From the NCBI RefSeq assembly GCF_036507355.1, contig NZ_AP027877.1: a stretch of DNA of 64,000 nucleotides; one strand, 5' to 3'. Every line of letters starts with the position of its first letter. Position 1 is the first letter of the stretch. Of this stretch, positions 1 through 10,857 are shown piece by piece. Origin of the DNA: Escherichia coli (lineage in GTDB: Bacteria > Pseudomonadota > Gammaproteobacteria > Enterobacterales > Enterobacteriaceae). A program made the translations under genes and the position numbers. Below the pieces are notes generated by a model that did not search any database, was not told where the DNA came from, and saw only the letters and a list, made by a program, of their open reading frames with translations.

Positions 1-338
1 CCGCTTTACCACATTATGGATGTTGCAAAACAAATGGAGAATAATTAATAACACGCCCTCTTAGCTCCAGTCTTAGCCTCCGTCTTATGACCTTAACAAA
101 GCACCCGACATAAATTCCTGTCGGGTTTGTCGTCATCATCATCTTCCCTTGCGAAAATCCTGGCATACGTGGTATGCGTCAGGGCATTAGCAATACCCTT
201 GATTATCAATAGCATAACCATAACCACTGAAAATTAAAAATTTCTATATATTTCATATTGTTAAATGATACTTAAATAAATTTCATCAGTAAATCATTGC
301 CATAGATAATCATTGGATGGCACAATCAATTTTCGCTA

Positions 339-2024
339 ATGATAACCATTCCCATTACGTTTTGTATGTTGATAGCAAAGTATCTCTGTCTGCTGAAGCC
401 CTTTTGGCTGCGTAAGAATAATAAAACTTCAGTGTTGTTAATCATTATTATCCTCGCCATGATCCTTGGCGTGGTTAAAATTCAGGTCTGGTTAAACGAC
501 TGGAATAATGATTTTTTCAATGCGCTAAGCCAGAAAGAAACCGATAAGCTTTGGCAGCTTGTCCTTTGGTTCCCTGCCCTGCTGGGGATCTTTGTATTAA
601 TATCCGTAAACAAAACATGGTTAATTAAACTGCTGACTATTCGCTGGCGCGAATGGTTAACAGATTACTACCTTAATCGCTGGTTTGCAGATAAAAACTA
701 CTACTTCACGCAGATCTACGGCGAGCATAAAAATACAGATAACCCTGACCAACGTATCGCTGAAGACATTCTCTTACTGATCAGCAAAACGCTCAGTCTT
801 TCATTTGGCTTCATCCAGTCACTTAGCATGCTGATCACCTTTACCGTTATTCTTTGGCAAAGCGCGGGTACGCTCTCATTCACTGTTGGTGGAACAGAAT
901 GGAATATCCAGGGGTATATGGTCTATACCGTCGTGCTCATTGTGATCGGTGGAACTTTATTTACCCATAAGGTGGGTAAACGTATTCGTCCGCTTAATGT
1001 GGAAAAACAACGTAGCGAAGCGACATTTCGAACTAATCTTGTGCAGCATAATAAACAGGCAGAACTGATTGCGCTAAGCAATGCTGAGTCTCTACAACGC
1101 CAGGAGTTGAGCGACAATTTTCACACCATTAAAGAGAACTGGCATCGTTTAATGAATCGTCAGCGGTGGCTTGATTACTGGCAGAATATTTATTCGCGTT
1201 CGCTTAGCGTTCTTCCGTACTTTCTGTTATTGCCGCAGTTTATTAGCGGACAGATCAATCTGGGCGGACTTATGAAATCGCGCCAGGCATTTATGCTGGT
1301 ATCGAACAATTTAAGCTGGTTTATTTATAAATATGATGAAATTGCTGAACTGGCTGCGGTTATCGATCGCTTGTATGAGTTCCATCAACTCACCGAACAG
1401 CGCCCTACGAATAAGCCTAAAAATTGCCAACATGCGGTACAAGTGGCTGACGCGAGTATTCGTACCCCTGATAATAAGATCATATTAGAGAACCTGAACT
1501 TTCATGTTCCGCCAGGCAAATGGCTATTACTGAAAGGTTACTCTGGTGCGGGAAAAACCACACTGCTTAAAACATTATCCCACTGCTGGCCGTGGTTTAA
1601 AGGTGATATTTCTTCTCCTGCCGACAGTTGGTATGTGTCACAAACACCGTTAATCAAAACCGGCTTACTGAAAGAGATTATTTGTAAAGCACTTCCTCTG
1701 CCCGTAGACGATAAATCGTTGAGCGAAATACTGCATCAGGTTGGTCTGGGGAAATTGGCTGCGCGTATTCATGACCACGATCGCTGGGGAGATATTCTTT
1801 CCAGCGGCGAAAAACAACGTATCGCCCTGGCACGATTAATTTTACGACGTCCGAAATGGATATTTCTTGACGAAACTACCTCTCATCTTGAGGAACAAGA
1901 GGCTATCCGCTTACTGCGTTTAGTGCGTGAAAAACTACCCACAAGCGGCGTCATTATGGTTACACATCAACCCGGTGTCTGGAACCTGGCCGATGATATT
2001 TGTGACATTAGCGCGGTTTTATAA
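339..2024 (+). CDS. yddA: ABC transporter, fused permease/ATPase (YddA)
   Basis: 561-aa ORF; hydrophobic N-terminal half, C-terminal Walker A (GYSGAGKT) and ABC signature (LSSGEKQR); matches recalled E. coli YddA. Confidence 0.9.
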   Translation: MITIPITFCMLIAKYLCLLKPFWLRKNNKTSVLLIIIILAMILGVVKIQVWLNDWNNDFFNALSQKETDKLWQLVLWFPALLGIFVLISVNKTWLIKLLTIRWREWLTDYYLNRWFADKNYYFTQIYGEHKNTDNPDQRIAEDILLLISKTLSLSFGFIQSLSMLITFTVILWQSAGTLSFTVGGTEWNIQGYMVYTVVLIVIGGTLFTHKVGKRIRPLNVEKQRSEATFRTNLVQHNKQAELIALSNAESLQRQELSDNFHTIKENWHRLMNRQRWLDYWQNIYSRSLSVLPYFLLLPQFISGQINLGGLMKSRQAFMLVSNNLSWFIYKYDEIAELAAVIDRLYEFHQLTEQRPTNKPKNCQHAVQVADASIRTPDNKIILENLNFHVPPGKWLLLKGYSGAGKTTLLKTLSHCWPWFKGDISSPADSWYVSQTPLIKTGLLKEIICKALPLPVDDKSLSEILHQVGLGKLAARIHDHDRWGDILSSGEKQRIALARLILRRPKWIFLDETTSHLEEQEAIRLLRLVREKLPTSGVIMVTHQPGVWNLADDICDISAVL

Positions 2025-2061
2025 AAACAATAAAAGCCCTGCTGTACGGAGATATAAATAA

Positions 2062-4434
2062 ATGAAGCGAGTTCTTATTCCTGGCGTCATTTTATGTGGC
2101 GCTGATGTGGCGCAGGCCGTCGATGACAAAAACATGTACATGCATTTTTTTGAAGAGATGACGGTCTATGCTCCTGTCCCTGTACCCGTAAACGGCAACA
2201 CGCATTACACCAGTGAAAGCATCGAGCGTTTACCGACCGGGAATGGCAATATCAGCGATCTGCTGAGAACCAACCCTGCGGTACGCATGGATTCAACGCA
2301 AAGTACCTCGTTGAACCAGGGAGATATTCGCCCGGAGAAAATCTCTATTCACGGTGCGTCGCCCTACCAGAATGCCTATTTGATTGATGGTATTAGTGCC
2401 ACTAATAACCTGAACCCAGCGAATGAGTCCGATGCCAGTAGTGCAACCAATATTAGCGGGATGTCACAGGGGTATTATCTTGATGTCAGCTTACTGGACA
2501 ATGTGACGCTTTATGACAGTTTTGTGCCGGTTGAATTCGGTCGCTTCAATGGCGGGGTAATTGATGCAAAGATCAAACGCTTCAACGCTGATGATAGCAG
2601 CGTGAAACTGGGTTATCGCACTACGCGTTCGGACTGGTTAACATCGCATATCGATGAGAATAACAAGAGCGCATTTAATCAAGGTTCTTCAGGAAGTACT
2701 TATTACTCTCCAGATTTTAAAAAGAACTTTTATACCTTGTCGTTTAATCAGGAACTCGCTGATAACTTTGGCGTTACCGCCGGTTTATCGCGCCGCCAGT
2801 CTGATATCACCCGTGCGGATTATGTTTCGAATGACGGCATTGTCGCCGGTCGGGCACAGTATAAAAACGTTATCGATACTGCATTGAGCAAATTTACCTG
2901 GTTTGCCAGCGACCGCTTTACCCACGATTTAACCTTAAAATATACCGGCTCCAGCCGTGATTATAATACCAGCACCTTCCCGCAGTCTGATCGCGAAATG
3001 GGTAATAAATCCTATGGTCTGGCATGGGATATGGATACGCAGCTCGCATGGGCCAAACTACGTACCACCGTTGGTTGGGATCATATTAGTGATTATACCC
3101 GTCACGATCATGACATCTGGTACACCGAACTTTCATGTACATATGGTGATATTACAGGGCGTTGCACCCGTGGCGGATTAGGACACATTTCCCAGGCTGT
3201 AGATAATTACACCTTCAAAACACGCCTGGACTGGCAAAAATTCGCCGTGGGTAATGTTTCGCATCAACCCTACTTCGGCGCGGAATACATCTATTCCGAT
3301 GCATGGACTGAACGCCATAACCAGTCTGAATCCTATGTGATTAATGCTGCCGGAAAGAAAACTAACCATACCATTTACCATAAAGGTAAAGGCAGCCTGG
3401 GAATTGACAACTACACACTGTATATGGCGGATCGCATTAGCTGGCGTAATGTGTCATTAATGCCCGGCGTGCGGTATGACTATGACAACTATCTGTCAAA
3501 CCACAATATCTCCCCGCGCTTTATGACGGAATGGGATATTTTTGCTGATCAAACCTCAATGATTACCGCAGGTTATAACCGTTACTATGGTGGGAATATT
3601 CTTGATATGGGATTACGTGATATCCGCAATAGCTGGACGGAATCGGTATCAGGCAATAAAACCCTGACGCGTTATCAGGATTTGAAAACGCCTTATAACG
3701 ATGAACTGGCAATGGGATTGCAGCAAAAAATCGGTAAGAACGTTATTGCGCGCGCAAACTATGTTTACCGTGAAGCGCATGATCAAATCAGCAAAAGCAG
3801 TCGTACCGACAGCGCGACTAAAACCACCATTACTGAATATAACAACGATGGCAAAACCAAAACGCATTCGTTCAACCTCAGTTTTGAGCTGGCCGAACCC
3901 CTGCATATCCGCCAGGTAGATATTAACCCACAAATTGTCTTTAGCTATATCAAGAGCAAGGGCAACTTGTCGTTAAACAATGGTTATGAGGAGAGCAATA
4001 CCGGTGATAATCAGGTGGTTTATAACGGTAATCTTGTCTCTTACGATAGCGTTCCAGTGGCAGATTTTAATAACCCATTAAAGATCTCCTTAAACATGGA
4101 TTTCACGCATCAACCGAGCGGGTTGGTGTGGGCGAATACGCTGGCCTGGCAAGAAGCGCGTAAAGCTCGCATTATCCTTGGTAAGACAAATGCGCAATAC
4201 ATCAGCGAATATTCAGATTACAAGCAGTATGTTGACGAAAAACTGGATAGCAGCCTGACCTGGGACACCCGCTTGTCCTGGACGCCACAATTTCTGAAAC
4301 AACAAAACCTGACGATCAGTGCCGATATTCTCAATGTACTGGATAGCAAAACCGCTGTTGATACAACGAATACCGGTGTGGCGACCTACGCCAGTGGCCG
4401 TACTTTCTGGCTTGATGTCAGCATGAAATTTTAA
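2062..4434 (+). CDS. yddB: TonB-dependent receptor-like outer membrane protein YddB
   Basis: 790-aa ORF, C-terminal aromatic residue (ends ...DVSMKF), beta-barrel-like composition; position between yddA and pqqL as in E. coli. Confidence 0.85.
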   Translation: MKRVLIPGVILCGADVAQAVDDKNMYMHFFEEMTVYAPVPVPVNGNTHYTSESIERLPTGNGNISDLLRTNPAVRMDSTQSTSLNQGDIRPEKISIHGASPYQNAYLIDGISATNNLNPANESDASSATNISGMSQGYYLDVSLLDNVTLYDSFVPVEFGRFNGGVIDAKIKRFNADDSSVKLGYRTTRSDWLTSHIDENNKSAFNQGSSGSTYYSPDFKKNFYTLSFNQELADNFGVTAGLSRRQSDITRADYVSNDGIVAGRAQYKNVIDTALSKFTWFASDRFTHDLTLKYTGSSRDYNTSTFPQSDREMGNKSYGLAWDMDTQLAWAKLRTTVGWDHISDYTRHDHDIWYTELSCTYGDITGRCTRGGLGHISQAVDNYTFKTRLDWQKFAVGNVSHQPYFGAEYIYSDAWTERHNQSESYVINAAGKKTNHTIYHKGKGSLGIDNYTLYMADRISWRNVSLMPGVRYDYDNYLSNHNISPRFMTEWDIFADQTSMITAGYNRYYGGNILDMGLRDIRNSWTESVSGNKTLTRYQDLKTPYNDELAMGLQQKIGKNVIARANYVYREAHDQISKSSRTDSATKTTITEYNNDGKTKTHSFNLSFELAEPLHIRQVDINPQIVFSYIKSKGNLSLNNGYEESNTGDNQVVYNGNLVSYDSVPVADFNNPLKISLNMDFTHQPSGLVWANTLAWQEARKARIILGKTNAQYISEYSDYKQYVDEKLDSSLTWDTRLSWTPQFLKQQNLTISADILNVLDSKTAVDTTNTGVATYASGRTFWLDVSMKF

Positions 4435-4478
4435 TAGTTCGGATTTTACTTAACCGGGTAAATTCGGCCGGTTTTCGC

Positions 4479-7274
4479 ATGGAGATAATTATGAGAAACC
4501 TCTGTTTCTTACTGACGTTAGTGGCAACTCTGTTGCTCCCCGGGCGGCTGATTGCCGCCGCCTTACCGCAGGATGAAAAGTTAATTACCGGGCAACTGGA
4601 CAATGGCTTGCGATATATGATTTATCCGCATGCTCATCCAAAGGATCAGGTAAATTTATGGCTGCAAATTCATACCGGTTCATTGCAGGAAGAAGACAAT
4701 GAGCGCGGCGTGGCTCATTTTGTAGAACATATGATGTTTAACGGCACAAAAACATGGCCGGGTAATAAAGTCATCGAAACATTTGAGTCAATGGGCCTGC
4801 GTTTTGGTCACGATGTTAATGCCTATACCAGCTATGACGAAACGGTGTATCAGGTGAGTTTGCCGACTACGCAGAAACAAAATCTGCAACAAGTGATGGC
4901 AATCTTCAGTGAATGGAGTAATGCCGCAACCTTTGAAAAACTCGAAGTAGACGCTGAACGCGGCGTAATTACTGAGGAATGGCGTGCCCATCAGGATGCG
5001 AAATGGCGCACCTCTCAGGCGCGCCGCCCTTTCCTGCTGGCAAATACCCGTAATTTAGACCGTGAACCTATCGGCCTGATGGATACTGTCGCCACGGTCA
5101 CACCGGCACAATTGCGCCAATTTTATCAACGCTGGTATCAACCAAATAATATGACCTTTATCGTGGTTGGCGATATCGACAGTAAAGAAGCGCTGGCGCT
5201 GATAAAGGATAATTTAAGTAAGCTTCCAGCTAACAAAGCAGCTGAAAATCGCGTCTGGCCGACAAAAGCCGAAAATCACCTGCGCTTTAATATCATTAAT
5301 GATAAAGAAAACCGGGTGAACGGCATCGCACTCTATTATCGCCTGCCAATGGTACAAGTGAACGATGAGCAAAGCTTTATCGAACAAGCTGAATGGAGCA
5401 TGTTAGTTCAGCTGTTCAATCAACGTCTGCAGGAACGCATACAGTCGGGCGAGTTGAAGACTATTTCTGGCGGCACTGCGCGCAGCGTTAAAATTGCACC
5501 CGATTATCAGTCGCTGTTTTTCCGTGTAAATGCACGAGACGATAATATGCAGGATGCTGCGAATGCATTAATGGCAGAGTTGGCAGCCATTGATCAGCAT
5601 GGTTTTTCTGCTGAAGAACTCGATGATGTCAAATCTACCCGCCTCACCTGGCTGAAAAATGCGGTTGATCAGCAAGCTGAACGTGATTTACGTATGCTGA
5701 CCAGTCGCCTGGCATCAAGCTCATTAAATAATACGCCGTTCTTGTCGCCGGAAGAGACATATCAACTTTCGAAACGTCTGTGGCAGCAAATTACCGTGCA
5801 AAGTCTGGCGGAAAAATGGCAGCAGTTAAGAAAGAACCAGGACGCATTTTGGGAGCAAATGGTAAACAATGAGCTTGCCGCCAAAAAAGCATTGTCTCCT
5901 GCGGCTATCCTGGCGCTGGAAAAAGAGTACGCCAACAAAAAGCTGGCGGCTTACATCTTCCCAGGCAGAAATTTATCGTTAACAGTAGACGCTGACCCAC
6001 AGGCGGAAATTAGCAGCAAAGAAACGCTGGCTGAGAATCTGACATCATTAACACTTTCCAATGGTGCCAAGGTTATTCTGGCAAAATCCGCGGGTGAAGA
6101 GCAAAAGCTACAAATTATTGCCGTATCGAATAAAGGCGATTTAAGTTTCCCTGCGCAGCAAAAATCACTTATCGCGCTGGCAAATAAAGCAGTTAGCGGA
6201 AGCGGCGTTGGCGAACTCTCCTCTTCCAGCCTGAAACGCTGGAGTGCGGAAAATTCGGTAACCATGAGCAGTAAAGTCAGTGGCATGAATACGTTGCTCT
6301 CCGTTAGCGCGCGGACTAATAACCCTGAACCTGGTTTTCAGTTGATTAACCAGCGAATCACCCACAGCACGATTAACGACAATATTTGGGCATCGCTACA
6401 AAATGCTCAAATTCAGGCGTTGAAAACGCTCGACCAGCGTCCAGCGGAGAAATTCGCCCAGCAGATGTATGAGACGCGCTATGCTGATGACCGCACGAAA
6501 TTACTGCAAGAAAATCAGATTGCACAGTTTACTGCCGCAGATGCGCTGGCTGCCGATCGCCAGTTGTTTTCATCTCCAGCGGATATCACGTTTGTCATTG
6601 TCGGTAATGTCGCAGAAGACAAACTCGTGGCGTTAATTACGCGTTACTTAGGCTCAATCAAACACTCTGATTCGCCATTAGCCGCAGGTAAACCATTAAC
6701 TCGCGCGACGGACAACGCATCGGTTACTGTAAAAGAACAAAATGAACCTGTGGCACAGGTTTCACAGTGGAAGCGTTATGATTCCCGGACACCTGTTAAT
6801 CTGGCGACGCGTATGGCGCTCGATGCTTTTAACGTCGCACTGGCAAAAGATCTACGCGTTAATATTCGTGAACAGGCATCTGGGGCATACAGCGTTTCTT
6901 CTCGCCTCTCGGTTGATCCTCAGGCTAAAGATATCAGTCATTTGCTGGCTTTTACTTGTCAACCAGAACGACATGATGAACTGTTAACGTTAGCGAATGA
7001 AGTGATGGTTAAGCGTCTGGCTAAAGGGATCAGTGAGCAAGAACTGAATGAATACCAGCAAAACGTTCAGCGCAGCCTCGATATCCAACAGCGTAGCGTT
7101 CAACAATTAGCGAACACTATTGTAAATAGTCTTATTCAATATGACGATCCTGCAGCATGGACTGAGCAGGAGCAATTGCTGAAACAAATGACGGTAGAGA
7201 ATGTTAACACTGCCGTTAAACAATATCTTTCTCATCCGGTAAATACTTATACCGGAGTATTATTGCCAAAATAA
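4479..7274 (+). CDS. pqqL: periplasmic M16-family zinc peptidase PqqL
   Basis: 931-aa ORF with signal peptide and inverted zinc-binding motif HFVEH (HxxEH) typical of pitrilysin/M16 peptidases. Confidence 0.9.
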   Translation: MEIIMRNLCFLLTLVATLLLPGRLIAAALPQDEKLITGQLDNGLRYMIYPHAHPKDQVNLWLQIHTGSLQEEDNERGVAHFVEHMMFNGTKTWPGNKVIETFESMGLRFGHDVNAYTSYDETVYQVSLPTTQKQNLQQVMAIFSEWSNAATFEKLEVDAERGVITEEWRAHQDAKWRTSQARRPFLLANTRNLDREPIGLMDTVATVTPAQLRQFYQRWYQPNNMTFIVVGDIDSKEALALIKDNLSKLPANKAAENRVWPTKAENHLRFNIINDKENRVNGIALYYRLPMVQVNDEQSFIEQAEWSMLVQLFNQRLQERIQSGELKTISGGTARSVKIAPDYQSLFFRVNARDDNMQDAANALMAELAAIDQHGFSAEELDDVKSTRLTWLKNAVDQQAERDLRMLTSRLASSSLNNTPFLSPEETYQLSKRLWQQITVQSLAEKWQQLRKNQDAFWEQMVNNELAAKKALSPAAILALEKEYANKKLAAYIFPGRNLSLTVDADPQAEISSKETLAENLTSLTLSNGAKVILAKSAGEEQKLQIIAVSNKGDLSFPAQQKSLIALANKAVSGSGVGELSSSSLKRWSAENSVTMSSKVSGMNTLLSVSARTNNPEPGFQLINQRITHSTINDNIWASLQNAQIQALKTLDQRPAEKFAQQMYETRYADDRTKLLQENQIAQFTAADALAADRQLFSSPADITFVIVGNVAEDKLVALITRYLGSIKHSDSPLAAGKPLTRATDNASVTVKEQNEPVAQVSQWKRYDSRTPVNLATRMALDAFNVALAKDLRVNIREQASGAYSVSSRLSVDPQAKDISHLLAFTCQPERHDELLTLANEVMVKRLAKGISEQELNEYQQNVQRSLDIQQRSVQQLANTIVNSLIQYDDPAAWTEQEQLLKQMTVENVNTAVKQYLSHPVNTYTGVLLPK

Positions 7275-7280
7275 TAACAG

Positions 7281-7310
7281 CCCCGTCAACACATCGTTGG
7301 CGGGGATTTT
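7281..7310 (+). terminator. putative intrinsic terminator after pqqL
   Basis: imperfect GC-rich hairpin (ccccgtcaac...gttggcgggg) followed by attttagc just after the pqqL stop. Confidence 0.35.
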
Positions 7311-7536
7311 AGCAATATTCGCTATTTTTATGTAATAATTTTATAAATGCGTTCAAAATAATAACCAAGTACTAATAGTGATATTTTAAGGTCTGATTTT
7401 TACGTGATAATTCAGGAGGCGCAGAAAGCGCATAAAAATAACAACATAAAACACCTTGCCACCACCCAAGAATTCTCTATTGCATTGTTTTTTAATGGAA
7501 AAATATTATTCCAACAACATCTCACGATAAATAACA

Positions 7537-7556
7537 TTAGGATTTTGTTATTTAAA
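7537..7556 (+). promoter_or_regulatory. GAD box (GadE/GadX-dependent activator site) upstream of gadB
   Basis: exact 20-mer ttaggattttgttatttaaa, which matches the GAD-box consensus as I recall it, about 80 bp upstream of the gadB start codon. Confidence 0.7.
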
Positions 7557-7635
7557 CCAGAGTCCTTTGCACTTGCTTACTTTATCGATAAATCCTACTT
7601 TTTTAATGCGATCCAATCATTTTAAGGAGTTTAAA

Positions 7636-9036
7636 ATGGATAAGAAGCAAGTAACGGATTTAAGGTCGGAACTACTCGATTCACGTTTTGGTGCGAAGTC
7701 TATTTCCACTATCGCAGAATCAAAACGTTTTCCGCTGCACGAAATGCGCGACGATGTCGCATTTCAGATTATCAATGATGAATTATATCTTGATGGCAAC
7801 GCTCGTCAGAACTTGGCCACTTTCTGCCAGACCTGGGACGACGAAAACGTCCACAAGTTGATGGATTTATCCATTAACAAAAACTGGATCGACAAAGAAG
7901 AATATCCGCAATCTGCAGCCATCGACCTGCGTTGCGTAAATATGGTTGCCGATCTGTGGCATGCGCCTGCGCCGAAAAATGGTCAGGCCGTTGGCACCAA
8001 CACCATTGGTTCTTCCGAGGCCTGTATGCTCGGCGGGATGGCGATGAAATGGCGTTGGCGCAAGCGTATGGAAGCTGCAGGCAAACCAACGAATAAACCA
8101 AACCTGGTGTGCGGTCCGGTGCAAATCTGCTGGCATAAATTCGCCCGCTACTGGGATGTGGAGCTGCGTGAGATCCCTATGCGCTCCGGTCAGTTGTTTA
8201 TGGATCCGAAACGCATGATTGAAGCCTGCGACGAAAATACCATCGGCGTGGTGCCGACTTTCGGCGTGACCTACACCGGTAACTATGAGTTCCCGCAACC
8301 GCTGCACGATGCGCTGGATAAATTCCAGGCCGACACCGGTATCGACATCGACATGCACATCGACGCCGCCAGCGGTGGCTTCCTGGCACCGTTCGTCGCC
8401 CCGGATATCGTCTGGGACTTCCGCCTGCCGCGTGTGAAATCGATCAGTGCTTCAGGCCATAAATTCGGTCTGGCTCCGCTGGGCTGCGGCTGGGTTATCT
8501 GGCGTGATGAAGAAGCGCTGCCGCAGGAACTGGTGTTCAACGTTGACTACCTCGGTGGTCAGATTGGTACTTTCGCCATCAACTTCTCCCGCCCGGCGGG
8601 TCAGGTAATTGCACAGTACTATGAATTCCTGCGCCTCGGTCGTGAAGGCTATACCAAAGTACAGAACGCCTCTTACCAGGTTGCCGCTTATCTGGCGGAT
8701 GAAATCGCCAAACTGGGGCCGTATGAGTTCATCTGTACCGGTCGCCCGGACGAAGGCATTCCGGCGGTTTGCTTCAAACTCAAAGATGGTGAAGATCCGG
8801 GATACACCCTGTATGACCTCTCTGAACGTCTGCGTCTGCGCGGCTGGCAGGTTCCGGCCTTCACTCTCGGCGGTGAAGCCACCGACATCGTGGTGATGCG
8901 CATTATGTGTCGTCGCGGCTTCGAAATGGACTTTGCTGAACTGTTGCTGGAAGACTACAAAGCCTCCCTGAAATATCTCAGCGATCACCCGAAACTGCAG
9001 GGTATTGCCCAACAGAACAGCTTTAAACATACCTGA
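7636..9036 (+). CDS. gadB: glutamate decarboxylase beta (PLP-dependent)
   Basis: protein begins [18 protein letters not shown]...; the ORF-track start at 7567 is an upstream extension; SD aaggag at 7624-7629 precedes ATG at 7636; 466 aa. Confidence 0.95.
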   Translation: MDKKQVTDLRSELLDSRFGAKSISTIAESKRFPLHEMRDDVAFQIINDELYLDGNARQNLATFCQTWDDENVHKLMDLSINKNWIDKEEYPQSAAIDLRCVNMVADLWHAPAPKNGQAVGTNTIGSSEACMLGGMAMKWRWRKRMEAAGKPTNKPNLVCGPVQICWHKFARYWDVELREIPMRSGQLFMDPKRMIEACDENTIGVVPTFGVTYTGNYEFPQPLHDALDKFQADTGIDIDMHIDAASGGFLAPFVAPDIVWDFRLPRVKSISASGHKFGLAPLGCGWVIWRDEEALPQELVFNVDYLGGQIGTFAINFSRPAGQVIAQYYEFLRLGREGYTKVQNASYQVAAYLADEIAKLGPYEFICTGRPDEGIPAVCFKLKDGEDPGYTLYDLSERLRLRGWQVPAFTLGGEATDIVVMRIMCRRGFEMDFAELLLEDYKASLKYLSDHPKLQGIAQQNSFKHT

Positions 9037-9056
9037 TAACGTTTAACGGTAACGGT

Positions 9057-9082
9057 GTCCCGAAACGAACCCGTTTCGGGAC
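9057..9082 (+). other. stem-loop in the gadB-gadC intergenic region
   Basis: perfect inverted repeat cccgaaacg / cgtttcggg with short loop; no T-tract, so more likely mRNA processing/stability element than terminator. Confidence 0.3.
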
Positions 9083-9191
9083 AATTTCCAAAGTCTGTTC
9101 ACTGGCATTAGCAACGGAAAATATTGTTCTGAATACGCTTCAGAACAAAACAGGTGCGGTTCCGACAGGAATACCGTTTTAGGGGGATAAT

Positions 9192-10727
9192 ATGGCTACA
9201 TCAGTACAGACAGGTAAAGCTAAGCAGCTCACATTACTCGGCTTTTTTGCCATAACGGCATCGATGGTAATGGCTGTTTATGAATACCCTACCTTCGCAA
9301 CATCGGGCTTTTCATTAGTCTTCTTCCTGCTATTAGGCGGGATTTTATGGTTTATTCCCGTGGGACTTTGTGCTGCGGAAATGGCCACCGTCGACGGCTG
9401 GGAAGAAGGTGGTGTCTTCACCTGGGTATCAAATACTCTGGGACCGAGATGGGGATTTGCAGCGATCTCATTTGGCTATCTGCAAATCGCCATTGGTTTT
9501 ATTCCGATGCTCTATTTCGTGTTAGGGGCACTCTCCTACATCCTGAAATGGCCAGCGCTGAATGAAGACCCCATTACCAAAACTATTGCAGCACTCATCA
9601 TTCTTTGGGCGCTGGCATTAACGCAGTTTGGTGGCACGAAATACACGGCGCGAATTGCTAAAGTTGGCTTCTTCGCCGGTATCCTGTTACCTGCATTTAT
9701 TTTGATCGCATTAGCGGCTATTTATCTGCACTCCGGTGCCCCCGTTGCTATCGAAATGGATTCGAAGACCTTCTTCCCTGACTTCTCTAAAGTGGGCACC
9801 CTGGTTGTATTTGTTGCCTTCATTTTGAGTTATATGGGCGTAGAAGCTTCCGCAACTCACGTCAATGAAATGAGCAACCCCGGGCGCGACTATCCACTGG
9901 CTATGTTACTGCTGATGGTGGCGGCAATCTGCTTAAGCTCTGTTGGCGGTTTGTCTATTGCGATGGTCATTCCGGGTAATGAAATCAACCTCTCCGCAGG
10001 GGTAATGCAAACCTTTACCGTTCTGATGTCCCATGTGGCACCGGAAATTGAGTGGACGGTTCGCGTGATCTCCGCACTGCTGTTGCTGGGTGTTCTGGCG
10101 GAAATCGCCTCCTGGATTGTTGGTCCTTCTCGCGGGATGTATGTCACAGCGCAGAAAAACCTGCTGCCAGCGGCATTCGCTAAAATGAACAAAAATGGCG
10201 TACCGGTAACGCTGGTCATTTCGCAGCTGGTGATTACTTCTATCGCGTTGATCATCCTCACCAATACCGGTGGCGGTAACAACATGTCCTTCCTGATCGC
10301 ACTGGCGCTGACGGTGGTGATTTATCTGTGTGCTTATTTCATGCTGTTTATTGGCTACATTGTGTTGGTTCTTAAACATCCTGACTTAAAACGCACATTT
10401 AATATCCCTGGTGGTAAAGGGGTGAAACTGGTCGTGGCTATTGTCGGTCTGCTGACTTCAATTATGGCGTTTATTGTTTCCTTCCTGCCGCCGGATAATA
10501 TCCAGGGTGACTCTACCGATATGTATGTTGAATTACTGGTCGTTAGTTTCCTGGTGGTACTTGCCCTGCCCTTTATTCTCTATGCTGTTCATGATCGTAA
10601 AGGCAAAGCGAATACCGGCGTCACTCTGGAGCCAATCAACAGTAAGAACGCACCAAAAGGTCACTTCTTCCTGCACCCGCGTGCACGTTCACCACACTAT
10701 ATTGTGATGAATGACAAGAAACACTAA
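9192..10727 (+). CDS. gadC: glutamate:GABA antiporter
   Basis: 511-aa polytopic membrane protein (APC family) immediately downstream of gadB; sequence matches recalled GadC. Confidence 0.95.
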   Translation: MATSVQTGKAKQLTLLGFFAITASMVMAVYEYPTFATSGFSLVFFLLLGGILWFIPVGLCAAEMATVDGWEEGGVFTWVSNTLGPRWGFAAISFGYLQIAIGFIPMLYFVLGALSYILKWPALNEDPITKTIAALIILWALALTQFGGTKYTARIAKVGFFAGILLPAFILIALAAIYLHSGAPVAIEMDSKTFFPDFSKVGTLVVFVAFILSYMGVEASATHVNEMSNPGRDYPLAMLLLMVAAICLSSVGGLSIAMVIPGNEINLSAGVMQTFTVLMSHVAPEIEWTVRVISALLLLGVLAEIASWIVGPSRGMYVTAQKNLLPAAFAKMNKNGVPVTLVISQLVITSIALIILTNTGGGNNMSFLIALALTVVIYLCAYFMLFIGYIVLVLKHPDLKRTFNIPGGKGVKLVVAIVGLLTSIMAFIVSFLPPDNIQGDSTDMYVELLVVSFLVVLALPFILYAVHDRKGKANTGVTLEPINSKNAPKGHFFLHPRARSPHYIVMNDKKH

Positions 10728-10752
10728 CTATGTCTGAATGGTTATAAGATAA

Positions 10753-10780
10753 GGGAGCGATAATTCATCGCTCCCTTTTT
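10753..10780 (+). terminator. rho-independent terminator of gadBC
   Basis: hairpin gggagcga-(loop)-tcgctccc followed by ttttt. Confidence 0.7.
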
Positions 10781-10857
10781 CGTGCTTGCTGTCGTATTGA
10801 CTTAATCGGGATAAGTACGAGAATGAGCGCACATCTGTTTACCGGAAACCAGCACAT

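Noticed and set aside
7404-7625. 73-aa ORF upstream of gadB
   Set aside because: Lies in the AT-rich gadB promoter region containing the GAD box; low-complexity translation; the ORF-track gadB start at 7567 is likewise an upstream extension of the real start at 7636
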